NCBI GenBank assembly: GCA_016618085.1
Contig: JABLTG010000030.1
Coordinates: forward strand, 1 to 64,000
Source: Neovahlkampfia damariscottae
Lineage: Eukaryota
Reading direction: 5' to 3'
Length of the DNA: 64,000 bases
In this document: in pieces, positions 13,601-26,414 of the stretch
Position numbering within the stretch: the first letter of the stretch is position 1
Layout: each line of letters starts with the position of its first letter
Program-made: the position numbers and the translations under genes
The notes under the pieces: generated by a model
Told to the model about the DNA's origin: nothing
The model's input: only the letters and a program-made list of their open reading frames with translations
Database searches by the model: none

Positions 13601-16600
13601 TTTAATGTTGAATTATATTCCCAGGCCATAGTCAAATATTGATCAATATCTGATAAAAATTGAGTTCTTGAACAAACAATATTTTTATCAATCAAAGAAG
13701 CACTTTCTTTGGAAAAAACAGTTGTACTTGAATAATCCGTTTTTGTTGATTGACACCTAATTGAAGGTTTGTTCAACATTTGTGCACATGAATCAACTGT
13801 GTAATTCAAGTATACTTTTGTTTCATGAGGCAACATAACAAAAAGATTTTCATTCAAAACAACTTTTGTACAAGCATTCAAATCCAATTTATCACACCAA
13901 GTAGATTTTTCATGATTCAATGTAGAAATCACAAATTTGTTAGTTAACCAAGTACTTGGATAAATCCCGCATCCTTTATTTCCATCCATTATTAAAGCTT
14001 TAAAATTTGTAAAATAAGAAACAAAAATATTATAATTATTTTGATTGTTTGATATTTGATTGTAGCTGATATTCAAATTTTGTATAGTAGAAGGAAAATA
14101 TGTGCTGAGATTGTCAATAGATGTAAAATGGTTCAAAGATAAATCTAAATCAGTCAATGAAGTGAAATTTAACATATTCGGAAAAACACCTGAAAAACCT
14201 AACCCAGGAAATTTCATTCCCGTAATTCTATTAGATCCATCACATGTGACTATACTTCCTCCAATGTTTAAATTGCAATATCCTGCAGGTCCTGCATCTG
14301 TAGCAGTTTGGTATATAGTTTTATCAAAGGTACATCCATTTCCTGTGTCACATACTTTATTCACAAAGTCATAAAGATCTGAAAATTCACAATTGTCACC
14401 ATAATAGGAAGGAAAACAATCACAAGTATTAGGTGCAGAGCAAATACCATGTTTTGAGCAAACATTTGTGAAGTTTGAAGCAATACCAAAGCAAATATTG
14501 TTTTCACATTTATCACCTGCATATCCTGTATTACAAACGCAATTATCAGGCGAGGAACATGTACCTCTTGTGGCACTTGTGCATGAATTTGCCAAATTAG
14601 AAGCAAATCCATAGCAAATTGGATACTGACAATTACTTCCATCATATTCTCCAGCTGTGCATACACAATTATTAGGTGAATCACACAATCCATGTGATGA
14701 GCAAACAGAATCTAATTTATTTGAAACTCCATTGCATATAATGAATTCACAATCTAGCCCATCAAAAAATTGGTTGCAAGTGCAGTTATTTGGCAATGGA
14801 CAAGATCCTCTTGAATTGCAAACGTTTGGTTGAGTGGCAACTATTGAATTACAAATAGCATTTTCACATTGACTTCCAGTCCAACCTGCATTACATGAAC
14901 AAACATCTGGGGAGACACAACTACCGTGCTGAGAGCAAACATTTGGATCAGTGGAGCTCTTTGTGAAACAAACAGGGTTTGTACAATTACTTCCAGACCA
15001 TTGAGCAGTACATTGACATTCATTTGGTCCTTTACATGTTCCTTTTGGATAAGAGCAGTTATTAACATTGTTACAGTTAAAAACACTGCAATTTTGACCT
15101 TGCCAACCAGCAAAACAAGAACAATCATTTGCACCAACACATAACCCATTATTATTACAATCATCAATATCGGTACAAACTGTCGTATTGCAATAAGTTC
15201 CTGAGTATCCACTAATTGTGCATACACAATTATCAGGTGAATCACATCTACCATGTCCAGAGCAAACTTGTGAACTTGAGGCACTTACACCATAACAAAT
15301 TGGATATGAACAATTACTTCCATCATATTGAGAATTGCAATTACAATCATTTGGGCCATCACAAGAACCATGACCAGAACAAGAATTTCTATCAACACAT
15401 GTGTGAGTTTGACAATAAGTTCCAGTCCAACCACTAATGCAATTACATGTTTCAGGTGCAGTGCAGGTTCCATGAGAATTACAAACTGATCCAACATTTG
15501 ATGATGTTCCATCACATATGTTGTATTCACAATTGGTACCTGTGTATCCAGAATTGCAATAACATTGTTCTTTTCCAATACAGTTTCCATGTGAACTACA
15601 AACAGTTGAATCATTTGATAATTTTCCATTGCAAATATAAATTTCACATTGATTTCCAACATAACCAGCAGAACATACACAAGTATTTGGAGAAGGGCAA
15701 GTTCCGTTTCCACTACAAACAGATGAATCTGTTGATACAATTCCATAACAAATTTGATTTTCACATGCATTTCCTTCATATCCAGCATCACAAATACAAG
15801 TATTTGGAGCAATACATCTTCCTCGTGCGTTGCAAACCAATGGATTTGTTGAATCTTTTGCAAAGCATTGTGGAAATTCACAATTTGACCCAGTGAATCC
15901 AGTAGCACAATCACATGAATTTGGATTCACACAAGTTCCATTTCCTCCAGAACAAGCTTCTGGATTAATTTTATTATCACAAACTGGGGTTTGACAAATA
16001 TTTCCAGTCCATCCAGTTTGGCAAATGCAGGTATCTGGAGAAACACATGCTCCATGTGAACTACAAACAGATGCACTATTGGAAGATACTCCATTGCACA
16101 AATTGTATTCACATTCATTTCCAGTATGTCCAGTTGTACATGAACAACTATTAATACCTACACAAGTTCCATTTTCCGATGAACAAGCTGATGGATTAAT
16201 TTTACCATAGCATATCACATTTTGACAATCATTTCCAGTGTAGCCAGTGCTACAGACACAAACATCTGGACTTTGGCAAGTACCATGTTCAGAGCATACA
16301 GTATTTTCATTTGATGGTTTTCCATTGCAAATAAAATGTTGACATTGATTTCCTGTATGACCAGCTATACAACTGCAACTTCCAGGAAATGAACATGTGC
16401 CATTTTCTCCAGAACATGCAACAGGATCGATAAGAGAGTTACATTTTGGCGTCTTACACTCAGCTCCATCCCAATCATCTGTACAAGAGCAAGTGTCAGG
16501 TGAGATACAAGTTCCATTTTGATGATTACAAACATCTGGGTGTGTTGCAGCCAAGTCAAAGCACACAGGGGTTTGACATTCTCCACCAGTATATCCTCCA

Positions 16601-18561
16601 TTGCAAGTACAAACATCCACATCTGTGCAGGTTCCATGTCCTGAACAAACACTGGAAGAATTTGATAGAATTCCATTACATTTTGGCAATTCACAGTTTT
16701 CTCCTCCCCAAGAATTGATACAAACACAAGTATCTTGTTTTGTGCATGTTCCATGTGCTGTACAAACATCAGTAGCATTATGAGCTTTTTCAAAACAAGT
16801 ATAAATTGGTGTTTCACAATAAGTTCCAGAATATCCAGATTCGCAAACACATTTGTCCAATTCTCCTATTTAAAATATTAATTTTATTTTAGAATTAAAC
16901 CTCCAACTGTTTTACAATCTCCATGATTGTTACAATAACCTGAAAATCCAGTGATATCAATATTTTCAAATTGTGAAGTTCCTGAAACTGTACTGTTGAA
17001 AGCTCCACTGCTGATACCAACATAAAAATTTCTTGACATTATAATTTCATATGAAGAACCGACTTGAATGTAATTGGTACCATCTATTGAATAATAACAA
17101 CTGAAAGAATTTCCATTTTTCTCTAGTTTTACAAAAGTAATAACTCCAGCACTTGTAGCAGTATCAACTTGGAAATTTCCATTTTGGGAAGTTCTATAAT
17201 AAAATGTTGCATCAATACCATTTGAAAATTGGCATAAAGCCACTTTAGGTTCATAAGAACTGGTTCCTTTAACTGTGTTGCTTAATTTTGCACGAATTGC
17301 TACTCCAGAAGGGTTTTCATCTGGAGATGAAACTGATACATTTGCAATTATAATTCCAGATCCTGAAACTTTTTTGTGAGTGAAATAAAAACTTCCATAT
17401 CCTTCACCTGCAATATTTGGAGGTAATCCAGGACCAGTCATTTTAATATAATTTGTTTCTATTTGTAAACGTGGAATTTTGGATCGTAAACTACCTGCAA
17501 AATTTCTAGTTGAAATAATATTGTTCCTCCATTGATTATTACCACATTCATTATAAACAGCTGAAAATTTAAAAAAAAAAAAAATTACGAATTGTTTTGC
17601 ATCCTGTATAATTTGTGGTACCATAAGCAAAGTATTCATTTGAGCTACAAGTTGTACTGGTTTCAAACCCATAAAATTTAATTTCTGAAACATCAATTGT
17701 TTCAGATACAGAAGTCCCTGGTTGTAAAGCAATACCCCTATCAAACAATGAATCAAATAAAAATTTACCAATTCTAAAAATTAAAAAAAAATTAAAAAAA
17801 AATCATACATATGCGCTCATTTCACGAGTGTTTGAACTTCCAACCTGCGTCCAACTTCTTTCATCATCTGAAACCCAAGCACTGAAATAGATACCAGATT
17901 TTTGCAACCTGTGAAATAGAAATTAACAAAATGTAAATCATACTTCAGATATCCAAAGTATCTATCTGTCATTGTAGGAGCACGAAGATTTTGGTTAGTC
18001 CAAGAATTAGCACTTCCACGATCTACAACTCTGATGTTTGCATCATTGGAATAAGCATTATGAACCATAAACCCAATAGACTTTGATTTTGTTTTGGCAA
18101 AATCACCTCCATTTGTGACAACTTCTCTTACCTTTAAAAATTAAAAAAACAATAAAAAAAAAACCATCAAAGCCACCATAATTTTTTCAGCAGAAGATGT
18201 TGAAGTTTTGAAAGGTGTTGAAGAGCTATCAACTTCAATTTCTGAAGCATCTTGAGATATAGTTTTTCCAATTTTCATTGTCATTGAGCCGTCTCCGACA
18301 AGAGTCTATTCAAAAAATGTAAAAAAAAAAAAAAAAAAAAACCCAGTAATAGAATCCAATATTTGTGTCACCAGCGCTACTAGCATAATCACCAGCAGCA
18401 GAATTTTTTGCACTAACTTCTAATCTTAAATTTGTCTTTGACAAAGTGACCGTTGTAAAATTTTTCAGGACAGGAGCTACGTTTGGTATCATTTGTGTGA
18501 ATACCAAACCACATAAAACCAAGAAGAAAATTAAATTCTTCACAACAGTTTTTCCGAACAT
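1690..18561 (-). CDS. Giant (about 5,500 aa) cell-surface multi-pass protein: signal peptide, two ConA-like beta-sandwiches, more than 20 EGF-like repeats, LRR, IPT/TIG-like repeats, DUF2341-like module, Cys-rich repeats, multi-TM domain, K/E-rich tail
   Basis: The 5056-aa ORF extends 5' through short GT-AG introns (about 16866-16900, 17561-17588, 17738-17768, 17774-17808, 17909-17943, 18132-18164, 18306-18342) to ATG 18561 with a hydrophobic leader. Motifs CSxHGxC/GxxC, LTDLDLSLNHF, GPTFGGIQIVISG and CPPGTY. Confidence 0.85.
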
Positions 18562-18737
18562 TCTGAAATATTTTGATTGGTTTGAAGAAAGATCGTCTAT
18601 TGGTCAACTATTAAAAACCCATTCAATTCGTGGAAACCTCCTTTTCCTTTCTCATTATGTCATTTAACAAATAATATTATCCAACGTTAATGTTTTAAAT
18701 TTTTACTCATCAGTTTTCATTGGTTCATTTTATTCAC

Positions 18738-19454
18738 ATGAACAATTCCACCGAAGATAAAGAAGCTCAAGTTGTTAATGATTCAAAGTTGGCTCAACAT
18801 TGGTTAAAAAAGCAACGAGAGCATTCAGAAGACGAAAAATTAATTTCTTTGAAACATAAACGTGTCGACCATGCGGCTAACTGGATGGATAAAGAAATCA
18901 ATAAGTTGATAGACATTATCAAAGAGAATGGAATAGCTCCAAATTATGAAATAACATATAAAGAATTATTTATGTTGACTGAAAAAACAATGGAAGCACT
19001 TTCAGGAACTTTAAAATTAGGAAAAAAAAGAGGAGTTTTTATTTATAGTGACAAAATAGAATTACTTTTACAAGGAAGAGATGACAATATTGTCATAAAA
19101 TTAGCAAAAACAAATTTTATCGAGACTGAAAAAAAATATATTGACCCAGAAAAAGTTCAGCATTTAGATTTAAAAATGAGTAAAGAGGAAATAAAAAATA
19201 TCAAAATTGGAGATCAATCAAACTCAATTTGTTCAATTTGTCTTGAAAAAGTTTTGATAACAGAAAGAGTAGTTGACCACGATAGAATACTTCATCCAAA
19301 ATGTTTTAAATGTACTCATTGTGGAAGTTTGTTAAATATTTCAAAACCATTTGCAAATTTAGATGGAAATTATTATTGTATACCTCACTACACACAATTA
19401 TTTTCAGTTAACGCTGATTATATTAAAGGTTTCTCGGAATCAAAAAAAAAATGA
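18738..19454 (+). CDS. Costars-domain plus LIM-domain actin-associated protein
   Basis: Costars-like stretch EINKLIDIIK...EALSGTLKLGKKRG...LLLQGRDDNIVIKL; C-terminal LIM C-x2-C...H-x2-C-x2-C-x2-C...C-x2-H. Intronless. Confidence 0.85.
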   Translation: MNNSTEDKEAQVVNDSKLAQHWLKKQREHSEDEKLISLKHKRVDHAANWMDKEINKLIDIIKENGIAPNYEITYKELFMLTEKTMEALSGTLKLGKKRGVFIYSDKIELLLQGRDDNIVIKLAKTNFIETEKKYIDPEKVQHLDLKMSKEEIKNIKIGDQSNSICSICLEKVLITERVVDHDRILHPKCFKCTHCGSLLNISKPFANLDGNYYCIPHYTQLFSVNADYIKGFSESKKK

Positions 19455-19470
19455 AACATTTTTATTTTTT

Positions 19471-22400
19471 TCAAGCTAATGCTAAGTTTTTCTTTTCTTC
19501 TTCATCCAAATACTTTTGAAAATCTGAATTTTCACAACGTTCTAATTCACTCTTTAAAGTTGAATCAAAAAATTCTTTCCATTCATTAAACTTGTTGAAT
19601 CTAATAAATAATTGTTTTGCTTTTTTAAAAACTGAAATATATTCTAATTGGAGTGTTAAGCAATTTTCTTTATCTAGTTTTTTAGACATTGTTCCAATTC
19701 TTGTTGTGAATAATTTTGATACTAGATTTCCATATTTTGGTGAAACATCTTCTTTTGCTAACAATTGATCAAGTTCTACTTTTTCAGTTGGTAAAGGAGC
19801 TAATTCTTCAGCAGATAAAGTTTCATATGTTTTTTCACATTCTTCAAATGCTTTTTGTTCAATTTTTGATTCAAAATCTTCATTTGGACAGAAAGCAGCA
19901 GCAAGTTGAAAGTTTGCATAAGTTTGTTCTTCTTCATATAATGACAAACTGTGTTCAAATCCCATTTCAGAGCATCCATCATCATTAACTTTTTTAATAT
20001 ATTCTTCTCTTTTTTCTTCACTCTTTTCTTGAGATATTTTTTTGAATGATTCTTTACTATGTCTTTCTTTTCTTTCTCTTAATGCATCCATTAATTTTTC
20101 ATTTGTAATTGTTTCACCTTTTGAAGCTAAATCTAAAATCATTTCTTCTAAAACTGCTTTTGGTGTTTCTTTCATTAATTTTTCAACTTCTTCTTTATCA
20201 ACTTTAGGTATATCTACATCAAGTTTAGGTGTATCCACATCAAGTTTAGCATTAAGATCAAGTGATTCTTTTTCTTTTTCTTTTTCTAATGCTTCTTCTT
20301 TTTCTTTTTCAATTTCTTTATTAACTTTATTCATTAATGGTGAATCCATTTCTCCAAGTTTTTTCATTTCTTCTTCAATTTCTTCTTTTGTTGCATCTGG
20401 ATTATCTTCAAGGAATTCATTAAAATCATCCAATTCGTTTTTAATTTTTTTGTTTTCTTTTCTTTCTTCATCTTTTACTTTTTTAACTGCTTTTTCAAAA
20501 TCTTCTTTTGTTTCTATATTTTCTTTATCTTTTAATTCTTCATCTCTTGCTTTCTCAAATTTTTCAATTTCAGAATTTATTTCATCTTGTGTGACTTCAT
20601 CATTATCTTTTACAAAATCTAAAGCATCTCTAACAGCATTATCAGTCTTTTGACGAGCTTCTTTTGTTTTCTTTTGAACATCTTCAACATAGTCTTCAGC
20701 TTCTTTTTTTGCTTTTGCATCATCAACAGTTTTTTGAACTTCTTCATCATAATCTTTTTTCTTTTCTTCAATTTCTTCATCTGAAACATTTTTATTCTCA
20801 TCTAACCATTTTGATGCCTTTGTTGATTCATCTTCTATTTTTTTTTTATCTTTTGATGAAATATGATCTTTTAGATCTCCTTTGATCAAGTCTTTGTTTT
20901 TTTCAAGTTGTTTTTTGAATTCTTCAGCTTTTTCTGATTCTTTTTGTTTATCTTTTTCCAAATCAACTTTTTCTTTTTCTTCAAGGTTAAGATTAGCTTT
21001 AATATCAACATCAGTGCTATCCACTGTATTTGTTTCTTCATCAGATGATCTATCTTGTGCTTCTTTTGTTTCTTCATCTTTTGATATTTCGTCTTTTGAA
21101 ATGGAAATCTCATCTCTGCTTTCTTCTTCTTGTTTGGTTTCATCTTTTGAAAATACATCTTGTGAAACCGAAATTTCATCTTTAAATTCATCTTTGACTT
21201 CATCTTTACTTTCTTCATCTTTTTGTTCTTCTTTTGAAACAGACACTTCATCAATGGATTTTTCTTCTTCTTCATCTTTTTCTTCTTCTTCTTCTTCTTC
21301 TTCATCTTTTGAAATTAGATCTTTAGACATTGATATTTCATCTCTGTCTTCTTCTTCATCTTTTGATTTTTCTTCTTCATCCTTTTTGAACTCTTCTCTT
21401 GAAATAGACAAGTCTCTACTTTCTTTTTCTTCTTCTTTGGTTTCTTCATCTTTTAATATTTCATCTTTTGAAACGAAAGTCTCATCTCTGCTTTCTTCTT
21501 CTTCTTTAGTTTCTTCTTTTGACAATATATCTTGTGAAACTGAAATCTCTTCTCTTTCAGCTTTCAACTGTTCGTCCTTGGATTTTTCTTCTTCTTCATC
21601 TTTTTCTTCTTCTTCTTCTTCTTCATCTTTTGAAATTAATTCTGTTGACACATCTCCAACTTTATCTCTATTTTCTTCGTCTTTTGAAATTTGATCATTA
21701 GCAACTTCTTCAGCAATGTTTTGTAATAATTTTAATTTTTCTGCTTCATCATTTGTTTCATCTAACAAATCTTTTACTTCTTCTAATCTTGTTTCTTTTG
21801 ATTTTTCTTCTGCTTGTTTCTTTTTTTCTTCAATGACAGAGACTATCTTATCTTCATATTCTTTATTCTTTTCTTCAATTTCTTCTTCTTCTGCATCTTT
21901 ATTCTCTTCTGTCCATGTAATAAGTTTTTCAAGTTCATCAATAGTTTTTTCTTTTTCTTGTTGATTTAACAATGCAGCAAGTTTTTCTTCTTCAAGTTCT
22001 CTTTTAGTTTCATTTAATTTTGTGTTTAATTCTTTTAATTTTTTTGCTCTTTCAACTTCATCTTTAACTTCTTCTAATTTTTCATCTCTTAGTTTTTCAA
22101 GTTCGTCTTGATCCAATTCTTTGTTTTCTAAAAGATCTGAAATTTCATTTAATTCCTTAGTGAGGTTTTCTTTTTCATCTTCTCCAAGAATATCAACAAT
22201 TTGTTTGTCTTCCAAATCTTCTTTTAGAGCTTCTGCTTCTTCACGAACATCTTCTCTCATTTCTTCTTTTTTGATTATAGGATTGACTATTTCATTAAAT
22301 TCTTCTTTTCTTTTTTGCACTTCTTCTTGAGATCTTTTTTCATCTTTATCTAACCATGACATAACATCATCTGATTCTTTTTCCAAAGTTTTTTTATCTT

Positions 22401-23542
22401 CTTCATCTACATTTGATAATGAATCATCTTCAGAATTAACTCTTTCTTTAACATCTTTTGCTTTGTTATATAACTCATCTTTTTCTTTTTTGACATTCAA
22501 TTCTTCATCTAATTGTTTCAAGTCTTCTTTTTTAATTTCATCTGCTAAATCATCTAAATCATCTTGATCAATAGATTGAGTGATATCTAATTCATCTGTT
22601 TTTCTGACAAATGAAACTCTTTTTTTTGCTGAATCTACAATAGAATTTTCCAAGTCTTTTGAAGTTCTATCATCTTTAGCATTTAATACTTCTTCAGAAA
22701 TGGAATCTGAAACCTCTTCATCTTTTTCTAAATTAATTTCAAATTCTTCTTTTTCTTCTTTTTCTTTTTCTTCATCATTTCTGGATGATGCTAATAGTTT
22801 TCTAATTGCAACTTCATCAACTTCTTTCACACCAACTAAATTGTCTTTTAGAATTTCAGCGAACTCTTTTTGAGTAGAATCAAGATAAAGTTCTAAATTT
22901 TGGACTTCATCTTCTTTAACTTTGTCACCAACAAATTCTACTTTTAGGATTTGTGATTCTTTTTCTTTGTCTTCTGAGGGAACCTTTTTATGTCAAAACA
23001 AAAAAAATTACGTTACAAAACCCAACTAGTAAATGTTCATCATTGAATGACTCAATAAATTCTTCTAGACCATTTTCACCTTGTTTCATAATGGAAGCAT
23101 CTTTAGCAGAAACAACTTTAAGAACAGTCCAATTGTTTGGATTTTGTTTCACATCTCTAAGGGCAGCCAAAATATCTTCAAGTGAGTCAGCTTTGAGTTT
23201 CTCATCACTTGGTAAGAATGATTGAATTTCAACAGTTAAAGCATCCATATCGAAATCTGTCACACCAACTTTTAAATAAACAGCTTTAATAGCTCCTGTT
23301 TTTTTGTCTTTTTTTTCGAGTTTACAGAAAGCAAGCTGTTATATTTTTTTTTAATTTTAACTTTAAATTACTTTAACAATGGTAGGGTCCATTACTTCGT
23401 TGAATTCAGCATACCCACCAGTTCCTGTTTTTAACCAGTCTTCATCTTCTTCTGGATCATGCATAACCACATAGTTGGTATCATTATTATCATCTCTTAA
23501 ATCTTTGATTGCCTTGAGTACGTCTTCTAGCTCTAACGACAT
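19471..23542 (-). CDS. Large acidic protein with two N-terminal ADF-H (coactosin-like) regions and Hsp70-lid-like helical repeats
   Basis: ATG 23542; two introns (about 23336-23371 and 22984-23011) join AIKDLRDDNNDTNYVV...TGTGGY and AALRDVKQNPNNWTVL...GENGLEEF to the 1119-aa ORF. Confidence 0.7.
21030..21700 (-). repeat. Intragenic imperfect tandem repeat encoding S(R/K)DE-I-S-(I/V)-SKD/EEE motifs
   Basis: Recurrent SKDEEEEEE, SRDEISISKD and SQDILSKE units in the translation. Confidence 0.8.
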
Positions 23543-24230
23543 TTTTTTTGTTTTTTTTTTAATTGTTGATTGGTGTATTCCAAAACAATATCAAAAAATT
23601 TCCAAAAATGGTGATTTGTTGAGTCAAATGTAAATTTTTTTTGTTTCTCCTGTTTTGTTGACAACTTCTTATTCTTGGTTCTTAAATGTTCACTCTTTAG
23701 TTCTTTGTTGGTGATGATTTTTTCTGTTGGATTTTTTTTTTCTTGGTGTAGTATTATTTTGGTTGAAGGAACCATTTTAAGTCATTTGTTAATTGAAGGC
23801 AAAATATACATCCAAATTTCAAAGGAGGAAGAAAAAAACGATTTCTCTTCAATTCTTATTACAAGACTTCTCTCTTTCATGAGAAGTTAAATTCTTTCTT
23901 TCCATAAGTATTTCTAACAAAGTGTTTGTTGATAAATATTCTTTAGTTGATGACTTGAAGTTTCGCTCATTTAATTTTTGCCAGTAGAAATTGTGATTGG
24001 TCGATTAGACAAGATTTTTTAATGCCAAAAAAAAAAGAGAATTCAATGGCAAACCCAAAATGTTCAAAACTGAAGAAAAAAAATTAAAAAGTGATATATT
24101 TTGAAAGATTCAAGATTCACTGAATACTCACTACCAAAACATCGAACTGAAAATTAAAACTCAAAATTAAACCTATTCTCTCAATTTTAATAATTAAAAA
24201 GTTGACAAAAAGCATATTCACTAAAAAAGA

Positions 24231-24320
24231 TATATTCAGAATAGCAACGTGGCGTTGATTATAATCTTCATGAATTATTCTGTAATTTGATCCATTAAAC
24301 TGTTCATCATCATCACTTCA
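24231..24320 (-). ncRNA. Candidate box C/D snoRNA
   Basis: Minus strand, in order: box C RTGATGA (24304-24316 region), D' CAGA (24279-24282), C' ATGAAGA (24265-24271), D CTGA (24236-24239). The D guide can pair with the conserved LSU rRNA sequence AUAGCGACGU. Confidence 0.55.
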
Positions 24321-24401
24321 AAGTATGCAAATCAACAAATACAAAATAGACACAGAATAAAAAAAAAATGTGGGTTTTTTTATTTAACTTTTCTTTACAA
24401 T

Positions 24402-26248
24402 TTAAAATTTAAGAATTGGTTCTTTCTCTGTTTCAAATCCCGGTACAGATGAATCTGTCATATTCAAACCTAAAAATGATGTTAATCTTTCACAAATTTG
24501 AGTATTTTCCAAATTTCCAAAAAATTGCTCTTTGATTGCTCCAGCAGCATAAATGTTAACATCAACACCAGAGTGACCATTATGTGCATACTTTAAATTC
24601 GCTTTATCAGCAACTGGTTTTGAAACCCATTTACTTTTTTTGAGTGTGAAATATTCAATATTTTCTTACCTTGCATCCCAAAGTTGATTATTATCAATCA
24701 ATTCACGAACTTTTGCTGCAACTTCGTTTGAAGCTGGAACTTTATAATTTTCTAAAATTGCTTGTTTGATATCTTTTCCTTTGATAATTTCATCAATTAC
24801 AAATGCTGCTGTATGAACACTTCCAGCAATATATTCTGGATACCAACCATAAGAAACGTTTGTCGGAATAGGTCCACCTAAAACAATACCACCTGTTTCA
24901 TGGTCAGCAACAGAAACCAATGCAGTATTGCCATGTTCAATCGTAAATTGTTGTGCTACTTTCCAAGTTTCATCATAATGAATAGCATCACCAGCAGCAG
25001 CAACTGGATCATTGTCATGATTACCATGATCAATTCTATTAAGTTTTAATTATTATCTGAAGTTACCTTGAACCTTCAATGAGTAAAAAGAATCCTGTTG
25101 ATTTTGGATCAGCATCAACAGCATCTTGAAGTAATTTAATTGCTTTCTTTGTCATATCAGTTAAAGAAGGTTGTTGTAATGGATTTCTGTCAGCTTCATA
25201 ATCCAAATGATCCTCTACAAAATTGTTTTAATTTAAGAATTTGAATATTTTACTTGAAAATAAACCTAAAAGTGGAAGTGTTGTTACTCTTCTAAAATCT
25301 GCAACAGAATCAATATAGTTATATCCATGAAGTTCTCTTGCTTCTACAATTAAATCTCTATTATCTTCTCTCTTTCCTCCTTTACCTAATAAATAACATG
25401 TAAATAATAAAATGATTAACTTTTTGGTAAAAACATATTGGATCCTCCGCCAAGAATAATATCAATTTTCTTTGTAATTTGTTGGCTTGCAATGTCAAAT
25501 TCCATCTAATTTTGTTAAAAAATATTTTTCAATGTTACATCTCTGTGTCTGACATGTGATGAAAATGCAGCAGGTGTAGCTTTGAAAAATTTCAATAAAT
25601 ATCATTTTAGTTACCATGTGTTACTCTTGATGTCACTACAATTCCTGTTTTCAAACCTTTCTTTTTAGCAGCTTCTAAAGCAGTAATTACAGGTCTTTGA
25701 TGACGATTTAATCCAACAACGTTATTTATAGTTTTTATGCATGAAGCATAAGCAGTAGCAGCAGCTGCTGAATCAGTTACCCATGAATTTATCGAAGATG
25801 TTCTTGCTGTTCCAACTAAAGAATTATCTAAAGCAAAATTAACTTTTCCAGAAACTTCTCTTGCCATTGTAACTATTTTATCACTAAATAAAAAAAAAAA
25901 AAAAAAAACCTGCAGATGGTCCATATCCATCAGGAATCTAAAAAAAATATTTAAAATATTCATAAAACTTACCATCTTCAAAAAAATTAAAACTCAAAAA
26001 TGAAATGTTACCAGAATGACATTTTTGTGTGTTGCTGGTTTGACAACATATTCATTTATTAAAAAGTAAGAACCTACTCCTAATCCTGCAAATAAAACAG
26101 TTCCTGCCAAGAATATGACAAATGTGAAAAGTAAACAAGTTTTTAAGTGAGTTGTTTTTGAAGCAAACTTGAATCCTGAACCATTTGTTTGTAACAATTC
26201 TTCATCATAGATGTCATTTGAAAATGTTGGATAATCATAACTGCTCAT
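24402..26248 (-). CDS. Alkaline phosphatase (PhoA/PHO8-type), type II membrane anchored, paralogue 1
   Basis: KNVIL-M-IPDG, VTDSAAAATA, VTHATPA, EGSRIDH, ADHETGG, GHSGVDV after removing multiple short introns; N-terminal TM helix. Confidence 0.9.
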
Positions 26249-26414
26249 TTGCAAAGTCAAGTGAAAAAAAATGAAAATTATTTCGCCCAATGAAACTTCG
26301 GTATTCTTTCCAAAATAAAAACTTTTCGGATAAATTTCATTTTTTTTGTCAAAGATTTCAAATTTGGATGAATAAATTGAATACTGTTTTTGTCCAATCA
26401 TTTATTCTTTTGGT

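Noticed and set aside
14361..16850. Many overlapping alternative-frame and antisense ORFs
   Set aside because: Shadow ORFs arising from Cys/Thr/Gly codon bias in the EGF repeats.
20042..22873. Ser/Phe-rich plus-strand ORFs
   Set aside because: Antisense shadows of the Glu/Lys-rich minus-strand gene.
24085..24150. Second C/D snoRNA on the plus strand ending in CTGA
   Set aside because: No good box C, and only about 8 nt of possible rRNA complementarity.
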